Shown here in pieces: positions 44,541 to 58,700 of a stretch of 64,000 bases of DNA. A program made the translations under genes and the position numbers. The notes under the pieces are model-generated. The model was not told the DNA's origin. It ran no database searches and saw nothing but the letters and a program-made list of their open reading frames with translations. Source of the DNA: Tubulanus polymorphus (taxonomy: Eukaryota; Animalia; Nemertea); NCBI RefSeq assembly GCF_964204645.1, contig NC_134031.1:21149910-21213909 (forward strand), in the 5' to 3' direction. Position 1 is the stretch's first letter; each line of letters opens with the position of its first letter.

Positions 44541-46515
44541 GTGTCCCGACAGAGTACTGTGTACCGACGGAGTACTGTGTACCGACGGAGTACTGTGTAC
44601 CGACGGAGTACTGTGTCCCGACGGAGTACTGTGTCCCGACGGAGTACTGTGTACCGATGGAGTACTGTGTACCGACGGAGTACTGTGTCCCGACGGAGTA
44701 CTCTGTCCCGACAGAGTACTGTGTCCCGACGGAGTACTGTGTAACGACGGAGTACTGTGTCCCGACGGAGTACTGTGTCCCGACGGAGTACTGTGTCCCG
44801 ACGGAGTACTGTGTACCGACGGAGTACTGTGTACCGACAGAGTACTGTGTCCCGACGGAGTACTGTGTCCCGACAGAGTACCGTGTATCGACGGAGTACC
44901 GTGTACCGACAGAGTACTGTGTACCGACAGAGTACTGTGTCCCGACGGAGTACTGTGTCCCGACGGAGTACTGTGTACCGACAGAGTACCGTGACCCGAC
45001 AGAGTACCGTGACCCGACAGAGTACCGTGTCCCGACAGAGTACCGTGACCCGACGGAGTACTGTGTCCCGACGGAGTACTGTGTCCCGACGGAGTACTGT
45101 GTACCGGACGGAGTACTGTGTCCCGACGGAGTACTGTGTACCGACAGAGTACTGCTTATCGACGGAGTACCGTGTACCGACAGAGTACTGTGTCCCGACG
45201 GAGTACTGTGTACCGGACGGAGTACTGTGTCCCGACGGAGTACTGTGTCCCGACGGAGTACTGTGTACCGACAGAGTACTGTGTCCCGACGAAGTACTGT
45301 GTCCCGACGGAGTACTGTGTACCGACGGAGTACTGTGTACCGACGGAGTACTGTGTCCCGACGGAGTATAGTGTACCGGACGGAGTACTGTGTACCGGAC
45401 GGAGTACCGTGACCCGACAGAGTACCCAGGGGCGGATCCAGGGGGATGGGTAGACAGTATTGGAAGGTAATTTAAGGGCACCTTTCTGATCTTAGGGCAC
45501 ACCCAGTATCCAGTTCAATGCGAGCGCCGAAGGCGCGAAGTCCTTAGAGGAGCCGTCTGGGGGCCCACCCCCGGAAAATTTTGAAAATATGGTACCATTT
45601 AAAGGCTTTTAGAGGGCTTCTAGAGGCTAGCAGAGCAATCCAGAATAAACGAATCCGAGACAAGATTTCAACACATGCGGATAAAAAATGAAGCTGGCGA
45701 ACCCATGAAAGAATGGTTGTAGCCAACTTCGCCTAGTGCCCCTATAATCTTTAAAAGTGCCCCTTAACAATTATACAGAATACGGCTAAGTGCCCCTTCA
45801 TTGTTAACAATCGGCAAAAATTGCCTCGTCTTCACATTTATCCTTATGTCGTGTGCCATCTTCCAAACCAAAAGTGCCCCTAAAATTTTAAAAAAATTAG
45901 GCAAAAAAGTGCCCTTTTCTTCAACATTTTCCGCGTATAGTGCCCTCTTCTAAAGTACGAGTGCCCCTTTAGCCCTCCCTGTAAGACAAGGAAGGACAAG
46001 GTGCCCTCATCTAAAGCATGAGTGCCCCTTGCAAAAGGAAAGTGCCCATTTTAATTTATCATGATTAAAGGCTTTACAAATGTGATTATCTCTCCTCACT
46101 TTCTCGGCAGCAGTATATACCGATTAATTTTATAATTATGCCCGGATTACGGACACGGAATTAGCGGTTGCTGAAATAATGCCGTCAAAAATATTGCCGG
46201 TGAAATTTCGAAGGGCACTTAAAAATTCTAGACCGTATTGGGCAATACGGCTAATACGGTCTGGATCCGCCCCTGGTACCGTGTACCGACAGAGTACTGT
46301 GTACCGACAGAGTACTGTGTACCGACAGAGTACTGTGACCCGACAGAGTACTGTGTACCGACGGAGTACTATGTACCGACGGAGTACTGTGTCCCGACAG
46401 AGTACTGTGTATCGACAGAGTACTGTGTACCGACAGAGTACTGTGTCCCGACAGAGTACTGTGGTACCGTCAGAGTACTGTGAAACGACGGAGTACTGTG
46501 TACCGACAGAGTACT
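44541..46515. repeat. 18-bp minisatellite (GTGTCCCGACGGAGTACT), interrupted by a MITE
   Basis: About 60 tandem units; source of the PTEYCV and RRSTVS ORFs. Confidence 0.95.
45427..46275. mobile_element. 849-bp non-autonomous DNA transposon with perfect 15-bp TIRs and 5-bp TSD
   Basis: GTACC-[CAGGGGCGGATCCAG...CTGGATCCGCCCCTG]-GTACC; many internal GTGCCC/GGGCAC motifs. Confidence 0.9.
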
Positions 46516-47119
46516 GGTTTGAGCAGGGGACGCCTAGGCTCAACGGAGCCCCGCGTCCAGGATTTTTAATGGTTCTATATCAACTTCATGACCCCTTCTT
46601 AATACCCGAGAAGTTTCAGAGCCCTAGGCCACTATTAGGGTCGTGCAGGAAGTTAGAAAAAGGTCGCTTTTCAGGTCTCAACTTAGTTCACTTTCGCGAA
46701 TTATTTGACTCTGATTTTCGTGGTTTGAGCAGGGGACGCCTAATTTCTAACAAGTAATGACAATGTTATGAAATTTTCATGACAGGTAATGACGACGACG
46801 CAATTTTATCGACAATGATTCTCTTTAATTGTTTTTTTATAACACAATTCGTTTATTTATCCAGTACACGCCGCTTTATTGCGTAGCGTTGCAACAGATG
46901 TAGATAAATTACCTAAGTTCACAATCCATGAGGGAGATAGAAACATTTTAAATAGTTAATTGTTAATTCTGGGACTGGGTGTCATCGATACGTGTAATAA
47001 CGAATGCCGTGTTATGACTTGTCATCGTACAATGTTATGACATTATGACATTGTCATAACAAGTCATAACATTGTCATAACAAGTAATGACAATGTTATG
47101 AATTAACGACATAGTAAAA

Positions 47120-47258
47120 TTAACAACTAAAAGCCTGCTTAAAAAAGTGTGTTTTCAATGATCTTTTAAAACATTCAACCTTTTCAATTGAACTAAGAGA
47201 ACTTGGTAAAATATTCCACACGTTAGGAGCATTAACTCTAAACCCAAGATGCCTTCTC
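47120..47258 (-). mobile_element. L2/CR1-clade LINE ORF2 3'-terminal fragment
   Basis: Minus-strand translation RHLGFRVNAPNVWNILPSSLSSIEKVECFKRSLKTHFFKQAFSC* fits the F...AP..WN.LP...FK..LKTH.F tail of L2/CR1 ORF2. Confidence 0.75.
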
Positions 47259-48066
47259 AGGGCTTCCATACTTATTCAAATATTTCAACACCGAAAATTC
47301 TGATATTTCACCATACTTCACGCATAGGTTTTTAAACCGAATATATTTTGACAGTTCTGTTTTGCAAGCTCGATCCAAAACAAACGGGTATCAGTGAAAT
47401 ATAGTACTGAAAAAGTTGAACGAATTCTGGTCACTTTCACTAGCGTTAGGTGGATGAGAAAGGTTTAATTTATTACTGGCGGCAATCAGGGGTCCGATTA
47501 GAAACTGTTATAGTCAGATAATGATAGCGGATATTCTTAGTGAATAGAGTCACCACACCTGACTGGTCAATGTTTAACTATGTTCTCAGTTTTAGCATAA
47601 ATTGCCGTCAAGATAACTTATGATTTCTTTATCCTCTAATTTAATTCTCCACGTTTCAGTGTGGTAGTTATTCTGGTATTTACCACCCATCTTACAATTT
47701 ACTGACGTCGATAAATTTAGACGTTTTATCAAAACTTTTACCGACGATGTTTAGATTAAGTCGGTGAAAACTCTGTATTCTTTCTCAAATATTAAACAAA
47801 ATCAATTTATCATATATCTGAATAGTATGAATCTTCGGTAGGCTCATTTAACATGAATTCAAAAAGGTATTTTATCTTTAATATTGGCGTCTGATCTTTT
47901 CAATTTCTAATTGTTTTTTTCAGAAATCATTCGAATTGGAATCGCATTCAGGATTAATATAAAACGTTTCTGAAACTGAAGGGTTTAAATTTACTTTAAG
48001 GATCCTCACTGAATTCATACACACACACACAGGAGTCGCAGAATCTGTAAGGTAGGAATAAATATT

Positions 48067-48136
48067 GATACGATACGATACGATACGATACGATACGATA
48101 CGATACGATACGATACGATACGATACGATACGATAC
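48067..48136. repeat. (GATAC)14 microsatellite
   Basis: Direct reading. Confidence 0.95.
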
Positions 48137-51100
48137 GTGATATACTCCGAGATTTTAACACCGAAGATTCTGATATTTCTTACTCTACCAGATGTGGGCT
48201 TACGAGTCGATTGTGACCCTTAGCCTAATTCTGTCTCTGTATCATTTAAATACATCAATATTGTCAAAATAGAACAAATTCAGCTGGTAAATTTTGATAG
48301 CGTTGATAGAAGAGAAAGGCTTTAATTCATTACTGGCGGCGGCAATTTAGATCAGGTCTGATTAGAAACTGTTGTAATCAGAGAATAATAGCGGGTAGTC
48401 AGTGAAGAGTCACCACATCTGACTGGTCGCCAGTCACCACAACCTGACTGATCATCACATCTGACTGATTGGTTCTCTGGTCACCACACCTGACCGGTCA
48501 CTGGTTAAACAATGACCAGACAAACTAACAAACTGCGTTAATCGTCACTGGTGTATGGTCTAGTGGTTAACACGCTCGTCTGGCATGCTGTTGGTCGCAG
48601 GTTCGAGTCCTGCTAGGGTTAGGGTTACGGGTGATCTAGGGTTAGGGTTAGTGCCTCAGGTTGGGGCTAATTTTTGGCCCAGCGAGGTATTTGTAGTACG
48701 ATGATCATCTGTTTGCCTCAGGTTATTTTTTGGTCAATAGATTCTATACTAACTTATATATTTTGAACACATATATTTGCTTTATCTAGTGGAGGCCACT
48801 TTATTTAAAAGATACTTCGCTCAATACAGTAGTTTATTTCTAAATGAATAAAAGAGTTGGTGACATTATTCAATATATATAAAAACCACAATATCTACTT
48901 TAAGGTTGGTATGCAACAATTTCCACTCTTTTCCATAGGTGTCGCTTTGGATAAATGTCTATATCTCTTGGCCCAATGGACCGATTACGATTAAACTTGA
49001 TACAGGAACTTTTATCAAGTAGCACTCGGGGTGGGTGAAATCGCTCTAGGTTGAAGTTACACTGTCCTAAATTGGGTTGGCGAGTCAGGTGCTATTACCT
49101 ATTGTTTGGGCCTATTTTGCCTTTGTTGAGGCTATTTCATGATTCCTGTCGTCCCCTAAATGCCATTTTGGTGGAAAAAGGGTAATTTATTATTGGCGTC
49201 GATGGGGTCTTAATAGAGAATTGTTGTTATCAGAAAAATGATAGCGTTTCGACAGTTTACAAATAAGATAAACTTTTTCGACCTTTACAGAAGTAAACCG
49301 TATGACGTAAACATCAAGCGATTAAAATATTCACTTAAGTTTTATTCAGCAAAAAATCATCGAGTTTATTTTGTACGTTACAATTGAGTTCTTCAATTAA
49401 ACAACTTAGTATTAAAAAAATGATGGTTGGATTTATAATTTTCAATATAAATGGCGGAACTTACTTTTTACAATATTGAATAATTCGATGGTTTAAAAAA
49501 TACTAATAGAAAAGGAGAAATGGAAGATGAAATGAAATAATTTTCAGATTGACTAGAGAGATTGAGATCTTCTGGTGTTCTACTTCTTATGTTTAAAATA
49601 CACGTATTTATTATAGTGGTACCTGGTTTATCGTGGGCTGATTATATGTACAGTCCGTCTGATATTCAAAGTTTAACAAAATCTGATAAACACGTAGTCC
49701 AAAAACTGGCCCTATAAGTGTCACTTTCGTAATCTTAATTTGCTCTAACTGACATTGAACCACATAACTACGTGATAGGGGGAAATGTTCGTATTCTCAA
49801 AGCGTGGATTCCCGAACATCATCTACGGTGAATCAAACAGTGAATCGGTCGATACCGTATACAACTAGTGAAGATGGAGAAATTCAAATTTGATCAGTGT
49901 CATTAATTCAAGTCAATTACAGATAATACAGTCGTCTGTCAACAAAACGGTTACTATTATCAGTCACCAGCTGTCCTTGTACAACAACGCGCGTCACACA
50001 TATAGACAATACAGATGTAGAACGATAACCACACTCAAACGTGATGAACGGATAATAAGATAAAATCCCACTATTTACAGATTAAAATAGTGGGATTTTA
50101 TCTTAATACAGATGTTTATTACTGTAGAAATTGTTTTTTAATTTCGAGGTTTTACTTGAAAAAGCCGCCATCTTGATTTTGACCTTTTAAAGAACATTTC
50201 ACATTTAAAATGTAGTTTTAGATTTAAATAGCTATATCAGGAATAAAACGCGTTATTGATAGTTTATATCATTATGATGATATTTATGTAAAGAAGACAG
50301 GTTCTGTTACGGGTGATGAAGCTCTGCAGTTTTACACCCGGAGACGGTTTAGGACGGCGTCCAGAATAGACTGAACGAGCTCCAGAGTGTGGAAGGTTTT
50401 TGTATTGTATCGAGTTTGCCGGGTTTTGATCGTCAGTTTGTACGTAAACATCGACCATGATTTGTGGAACATCACGTATTGTATTCTAATTTATATCTTG
50501 AGTGTAAAAAAAAACGTGAAATTTATTTTAGATTAACACAATATATTTCTCAAGTTGAGTCTGAACTGTTGGTTTGATCTGAATGCTGTGGAACACAATA
50601 TCTGAGTGACTGTTAAAACCCTTCCAGGATTGGCACTGTCCCCCACAGATGATTTTGATGAAACCAATGTCTCTAGTAAACTTTGCATCATTCAGAATCT
50701 ACTCAACCAAAATAAATAAACTTGAAACCAAATTTTAGAATCTACAGGGCTTCATTTCTGAATGATTGTTTTTGTTTTGACTGGTGCGTTGTCATGGTGA
50801 TGGCGAGGTGATATTCTGGATCCGATGTCTGGAAAAATAGTAATTCCTCAAAACAGAGCCAAATTTCATACTGAAATCAATAACTACACTTATTTTCATC
50901 GATATGATAATGAAATGAGTTTATTTGAGCAAAATACGTTATAGAAATTTATCACAGAAATATAGAACTTGTCGATGTCGGCCGCGCCCCGCTGATAAAC
51001 TAGGTGAAATACCTATTGTGAGTCACCGATTTAAGTTTTTAAGTTTCTTTGTTTGAAATACCGGTATTTTATTGGGAATATTTTTCACATAATTTTTCTG

Positions 51101-51299
51101 TGAACTATTGCACGGAAATCGCTACAAATTCCTAATTTCGTGGTATTATTTCCCGCAACTATCAATTAGCGGCATTTAAAGTCTACCGCGGCATTTAAAG
51201 TCTACCGCGGGCACTATCGTGAACTCTTTAGTTGGTGCCCGGAGCGCTAATGCCCCTGAGTCCTAGTCGACCTCGATCTGCGCGGACTACAGAACTAGC

Positions 51300-52900
51300 C
51301 CTCCCAAGTGGAGTATGTCCCATTTAAGAATGATGGCGGACGAATCAATCGAAATTTACACTTGAAATATTTAGAAGCTTCTCTTTCAACGAAGAAGCGA
51401 CAAAATGTCTTCAAACCATTTCAACATTGAAATACAGTAAGTAACTTTACTTATGAATCGAATACTTTTTTTGTACGGTTGAAGGTGATTCGAGATGGAA
51501 GGTGTCGGAACACAGGGGCTTGTCACAATGAATTCCGTCACAATTTGATGGACGGATGGATGACACCAGTTGCCAGTATCCCTATCTAGGTATGACTGCA
51601 GTTTTGGTGTCCCTAATGGTATGTACCTAACCTTACCATAACACTATTCTTTAATAACACTAGCGCCACCCAGTGGATAGGTGACCCAAACTGCAGTTAG
51701 CCCCCCTATCTATATAAGGATACTGGTGTGGTCCATCCTCAATCAAATTGTGATAAGCTCCTGTGTGTTGGACATAAAACACTCGGGTTTAACCGCCATG
51801 TCGAGCTGATGCGTGTAAAACTGTCGGCCGACATTCAAGATACAATTAGTAAAATGTATGAATAATATCAAGTGTGGATCGAGGCCTAATATAAATTATT
51901 ACTATCAATACAGATGGAGCATTTGAGCAGTGACTTGACACATTTTGACCCCAGTATCCTAGGTACTATATATAAAAAGACTGAGGATACTGGGGTCAAA
52001 ATCTTTTTGTGTCAAGTCCCTGTAATTGCTATCAACACAGATGGAGAATTTGACCCCGCGGATACCCTTGATTTTATAGTGCTTTCTCTGACAGGTTTCT
52101 ATGTTTATTTCAGGGTGATGCTCTACTAATTAACTGCAGTCATGCAGGAAGTTCAAGAAATAACTGTTTGCAATGAAGTGAACAAGTGATCCCTCGATTC
52201 AGGTAGATATATCTTAGGCCCTAATCACAGACCTCTAGAAACTAAATAGTTTCAGTGGTGTTTTAAAACTGAGTTAACCAAAATCCAAGTAGGTTTTCAG
52301 CGCCGTTCTCAAATCATTGATGCCATCATGATTTGAAAGCTTGTCAAAGATTGCGGCTCAATTTACTGTGTTTGGGACTAAACAAAAATTTTGCTGCGAT
52401 GAAATTTACTGTGGAAATATCAAACATGTTTGAATGGTGCGATTCACCTGCTGCTGAGCAACGAACACGCTGCAAATTTCATTGTGAAATCTGTAATTTC
52501 AGACGGTGTGGGAATAAATTCATATAGTGTTCCCTGCTCTAAGTCTGAACCAATTTACCGTTAAGTCTTGTATGAAAAAAAGATTGTAACACTGAAAATT
52601 CTTGGCACTAAAAGCATTTTGAATCTTGTTGAATCTGTTTTCATTTTTTATCTGATGAAGAAATAATGATTTTCAGTGTTTTGTATTATTTCAGATGTAG
52701 GCGTAACGCTAGAGTTTTGTTTATTCTACTCAAAAGAAGGTGATGTTTAGATCAGGTTCGTTTAGTTACTCTTATTTATATCGAATATTTGATATGATTT
52801 TTGTGAATTGCTCTAATGATGTTATAATGAACGTTGTTTGATTTATTTTCAGTCTAATGGGGGAGGATCTCAATAACTGAAACCTGCGACACGTCTACAC
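51300..52900 (+). ncRNA. Candidate spliced non-coding transcript or 5' UTR exons (single copy in the window)
   Basis: CpG-rich region with YY1-like ATGGCGG (~51333), donor ACA|gtaagt at 51437, exons 52114-52202 (ttatttcag|...CAG|gtagat) and 52695-52755 (ttatttcag|...CAG|gttcgt), acceptor ttattttcag|52853. Confidence 0.4.
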
Positions 52901-55715
52901 CTGAAATTGACTGCACGTCAAATGAATGAATTATTGAATCTAAATGACTGTGATGTTTCATGCTGATTGGAGGATTTGGAGGAATGTCTCAGGTTCGAAC
53001 CCAATGACTGTGTTGCGATGTCCCAGGTTCAAACCCAGTGATTCTGATCAGATGATGAACCAAGGTGTCTTATTACTTCACATACATTAGTTACATGTTC
53101 GCCACCTCTTGGAATTTTGCTGAACCACTAAATTACTGGAAAAGCTAATTGCGACGATTGGCAAAATGAGTTACATATCGCAGGCGCCATCTATCGGAAA
53201 TTTGAGTTGTGAACTTTTGATCTGAAAACATTTTATCACAAAATCTGAGTGACTAAAAGCCCTCCAGGGATGGGGCAGTGAAGTTTACCATCAGTACTGA
53301 AACTCTAACTTTGCATCATTCAAAATCTACTCAACCAATATAAACAAACTTTTAACCAAATATAAGAATCTACAGGGCTTCATTTCTGAATGATTGTTGT
53401 TTGTTTTGACTGGTGCGTTGTCATGGTGATGGCAAGGTGATATTCTGGATCCGATGTCTGGAAAAATAGTAATTCCTCAAAACAGAGCCAAATTTCAAAC
53501 TGAAATGAATAACTACACTAATTTTCATTGATATGATAACAAAATGAATTTATTTGAGCAAAATATTTCATAGAAATATAAAATTAACCTCGAATGATGA
53601 TACTGGAGGCTGTAATGTTGAGTCCGGCTGACCCCTAGTTACTTCAGACCTCACAGATGATGATGAAAACTGTCATGAAAACTGTGTTCTCCCCTTCTTC
53701 AGAATCAAGCTATAAATTATGAAAAGATATTTGCATTATTTACTTAAAAGTGTCATTATTGCTTAGGCTACATTCTGCTTTCATCAATATCAATATCTAT
53801 AAGCCTATGTGCCCCTAGAGGAACCTTATCTATTTTCTGAATTGATAATCAATGGAGTTTCAATGCACCTTATTTCTTATGCATCATCTATGGGAAATAT
53901 AGAATGAAATTTATTCAATGAATTAAACTCTGTGTCCGTGATTCGAACCCTGTAACTTGCCATTGGATGTTGAAGGAGAGGATTTTTCCCGGGTTCCAGC
54001 GTCCGCATATTTGACACCAAATTTCACAAAATTTTCTTTCCAAACAAAAACTAACTCATTTTTACTATAGAATCAATCTTATATAGGTCTATTTAGTGTT
54101 TGTTAATGGAAATAAATAGAAATATATTTATAAATAGACGATTATTTCTTTATATTATGGTCTGATGGTGCATGGTCTTTTGGTCTCTTCTTTTCCCTGC
54201 TTAGGATAGCGGACACACAGCAGGAAAACTGGAATAATCATTTGTCACATCCCAAACACCACCGTCCCCAGACGCGCGTCCGCATGTGGTATAAGTCAAA
54301 CCTCGGACTACATTAATCGCTACCTGGGTTCAAGTTGACATGTTTGATTGAGTTTGGACACTTATTCGATCAGTAACTTTGAGCCTATATTTCGCTTCTC
54401 TTGCCCCATCCCCGACCAGTACATGGCGCCTAATCGTATATCAAAGGAGTCTCATCTACGAACCTGTTCGTTGTACGTTCGTCGCCCGATAGAATCGAGA
54501 GAGTTTTGCCCTCCATATGATTTCTACATAATGATATGCTGCAGTCACATGTATCATATTGTCTCATGCGCGACGCCGTCTCTATAATGAGATCACAAAC
54601 ATAGACCCGTCCAGTGAGAGGGTAGTCGCATCTTCAAGTTCCTTTTTTACAGATATCATTAAAAACGGCGATAAACCTTAATAAAAACCCCTAAAACCTC
54701 AATCAGTAAAGTATCGAGGATGAAACTACCCCCGGCTCGATATTTCAAGATATTTGTAACAAATGGACCCATCCCGCATCCCGCTGTCGCAATAGCTCAT
54801 CCCCCTATTGTTACAACACAATAGAACACGCCACTATTGAAATATCCCGCGCACTAGCAATAGACGATATCCCCCTATTGAGATCGATTAGCCAATCAGC
54901 GTCCGCGAACCGAAGCGTGTCTGGGCTTGTCGCAGGCGCCGGGAAATTCGATTTCATCGAATAAATCGTAATGTCAATCGAATCGTGCGCCATCTTTCGC
55001 TATTCTGATTGGATATTACTCGGAAAGGAATTAATTCAATTGGGAATCGTATGCTCATTACGGAGACATTGTTTTTGGAAAGTTTTAAGATTGTATGAAC
55101 TAAAAAAATTGGAACATTTTCAACCGAACTTCGATAGAAAATTTCGCCTGAAAACTGGATTTTGTGAACGTTTAAAGACTTGGACACGGAATTAAATTGA
55201 CTCAGGATTGGATTAACTATGAAATAACTGGATCAGGTCGGAAACTGGTGAAAAGTTGCAGTTTTGTAGGTAGGAAAATTTCTTAATATCAACGACTGTA
55301 ATCATGTTATTTAGGTTTAGTAGGGAAATATATCATTAAGATATTTGTAAACTTCCTATAATGATAAACATTCAGAACGTAGGATACAGAACTTCACTAC
55401 CCGAATTATATACGTAATCTAGTATATAGTTCGTTAATACGTTATCAAAACGTTCAGCCGTTTATTTTTCTTACCGATTTTAAATACCCCTCCTTTTCAA
55501 ATGGGCTAGATATAATATTCATATTTTGTTTTTATACGTGACTTTTGCATGAAACTTATTTTTCTTAAGTGACTTGAACGTGATGATGTTGAGCAGCAGG
55601 GCTTTCAAAATATAAGTCAGCCGTCGCATCCTACTCTAGTAAGAATCCTGCGACGGCTATGAAATACCTCGTCTGAGGAATACAGATTTTTCTTAAGTCA
55701 AATTTCATTCATCAC

Positions 55716-58700
55716 TCAACACTAGTTTGTTTGAAATTAATAACTGTACCAACATTAGAGCTTTATATAAGGAGAGTAAATGGTATGATAGAATCTCACT
55801 AATTCCGATCATTGGGACCAACAAAATTCATCCGTTTTACGGCAAATCCGGATTAAAAGTCATTTTCGTGTATATGAATGAATAAATTGACTGTAAATAT
55901 TATCCGGATTAGACCAAAATTCGGATTAAGCCGATGCGGATTAAACGATTTAGTTTGACTGTATTAGCCAATAGAATCAGTCTTCGCCCATCGAACTGGC
56001 CCCAGGGCACAAAAATTACCAAGAAACAAACACTGACGAGTGTTGGCCTGTTAAATAAATGCAGTAATCCTAGTGTTGGCCTGTTTAATAAACGCAGTAA
56101 CCCTAGTGTTGGCCTGTTTAATAAACGCAGAAACCCTAGTTTTGGCCTGCTTAATAAACGCCGAAACCCTAGTATTGGCCTGTTTAATAAACGCAGTAAC
56201 CCTAGTGTTGGCCTGTTTAATAAACGCAGTAACCCTAGTGTTGGCCTTGTACCACACTGACCACACGTATTCACAAACTTACTCAGCCACCAAAACTCAG
56301 CGGTCTAGTGGTTAGCGTGCTCGGCCGGCATGCTGGAGGTCGCCGGTTCGAGTCCTGCTAGGGTTAGGGTTACGGTCGATCTAGAGTTAGGGTTAATGCC
56401 TCAGGTTGGGGCTAATTTTTGGCCCAGCGAGGTATTTGTAGTACGATGATCATCTGTTTGACTCGGGTTATTTTTTGGTCAATAGATTCTATACTAACTT
56501 ATATATTTTGAACACAAATATTCGCTTTATCCTTAGATGCCACTTTATTTAAAAGATACTTCGCTCAATACAGTAGTTTATTTCTGAATGAATAAAAGAG
56601 TTGGTGACATTATTCAATATATATAAAAACCACAATATCTACTTTACGGTTGGTATGCAACAATTTCCACTCTTTTCCAATAGGTGTCGCTTTGGATAAA
56701 TGTCTATATCTCAAAAATTCGAAAATCAATAGAATATGGTATGGTAATCTGTTCAATCTGTATAGAAATAACCAACTTAGCTCAAAATGGATTGAATCCA
56801 TAACATATTACATGATTGTAACTTAGGTTACGTATGGACGATCCAGGATCCAGTAGATGTCAATGGTTTAAATAATCATATGAAATTATTCCTTAAATAT
56901 CAATTTATTCAACATTGGCGGAACGAAATGGCTACCAAAGATACCCTTTGTAATTATAGAATGATTAAAAAGAATTTTGAATTTGAAAAATACCTGATTG
57001 AGTCACCGTCGAAATACTGTAACTATTTGCTACGATACCGTGCCAATAATCATTATTTACCGATTGAGAAGGATAGATATACGAAAAAGAAAGAAGAAAG
57101 ACTATGTACAATGTGTAATTCAGGCGAAATTGGGGATGAATACCATTATCTAATGATGTGTCATTCTCACACCGATCTAAGAAGAAGACACATAACTAGT
57201 TATTATTACGATAATCCCTCCGAGCTAAAATATTACGAGTTATTGAATACGAAGGATCCGAAATTATTAATGAATATTATTGATATGTTAAAATGTTTTG
57301 TAAATATTTTGATTTTTAAATAGTGTGTTGATATAAATGTTTTTCTATATCCTTGTCAGGATGAATAAAGTAAGAATAAATCTCTTGACCCAATGGACCG
57401 ATTACGATTAAACTTGATACACAGGTACTTTTATCAAGTCGCACTCGGGGTGGGTGAAATCGCTCTAGGTTGAAGTTACACTGACCTAAAACGGCTCCAA
57501 ACAACGTGAAATTGGTAGTTAGGCCTACTACGAGTACGGGTAGAACACAGTTTGAAATCGTATCGTTGTAGGTTATCGTAAAGAAGATGAATCCGTAGGC
57601 ACCTAATACGACGATTAACAGTACAAATATCGATACAGACACGCGGTTTTAGTCGAGACATTGATCGCCGAGTTTAAACATTTCTGGATATGACCATGTT
57701 TCACAATTAAATTCATCTTCTGAATGAGGACGACCATCCCATCGAACACGTGTCTAATCGCATCGTAATGGGTACGGGGTGTCCCGCGTTCGAACCAAGT
57801 AATTACTGATACTGGTTCAGAGTGGTCTTGATGATGCTGATTAGATGATGTACAGGGGTGTCCCGGGTTCGAACTCAGTAGTGGTCCAAGTTGTCCTGAT
57901 GCTGAATAGAGGATGTCCCGACCGTACGGTGCTGCCGCTATGCTCATCGTTAGCGGGATTTCCATACACTAACTGAAGTCAACTCTGGCAATCGTCGTGC
58001 TGTCCAGTTATACTCCGTAACCCTTGCTTGCCAGAGTTGACTAACGTCAGTGTATGAAAATCCCGCTTCCGATGAGCATTGAGGCAGCACCGTACGGTAA
58101 AATGTTGATATCTTAACAAAAGTAATTACTGATAACTGATTCAGAGTGGTCCTGATGCTGAATATAGCATGTACAGGGGTATCCCGGTCTATTGGTACTG
58201 ATTCTGATTGGTCCTGATGCTGAATGTACAGGGGTATCCCGGGTTCGAACCCAGTAGTGGCCCAAGTTGTCCTGATTCTGAATAGAGGATGTACAGGGGT
58301 ATCCCGGGTTCGACCCCGCCACGAAAAATGATAAAATAACGCACACACGACTTACAGCAACATTTATCTATATTTATTCCTCATTGTCATGTAACGCACC
58401 TGCCTTTTTAAGAATAGTAGTTGGACCATCGAATTGAAACCCTCGCTTACCATACCAGGGTAAAAAAGAATCCCTCGAGTGGACACCAGGGGTCGCAGTT
58501 TCACAAAAAACGATGCATTTTTTAACTGAATTTGTGAAGAAATTTAATCTGGATCAAATCACACAAAAAGGACAAAACAGATGAAATCTTTTTTGTTAAT
58601 CTTTGATGATAATTATCCATATGTGAAACTGTACCCTCGGTAGGATTTGGTTTATGATGCGGGTTTCAATCAGATTTAGATGCTGCAGTTTCGCACACTG

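Noticed and set aside
44402-45502. 336-aa and 356-aa ORFs (PTEYCV repeats)
   Set aside because: 18-bp satellite open in several frames, with frameshifting units and a MITE insertion.
57658-57730. Short matches to motifs I recall from vertebrate 7SK (CATTGATCGCC, GAGGACGACCATCCC)
   Set aside because: The pairing 5' GGCGATC strand is missing, spacing differs and the second match is shorter in other copies; likely chance.
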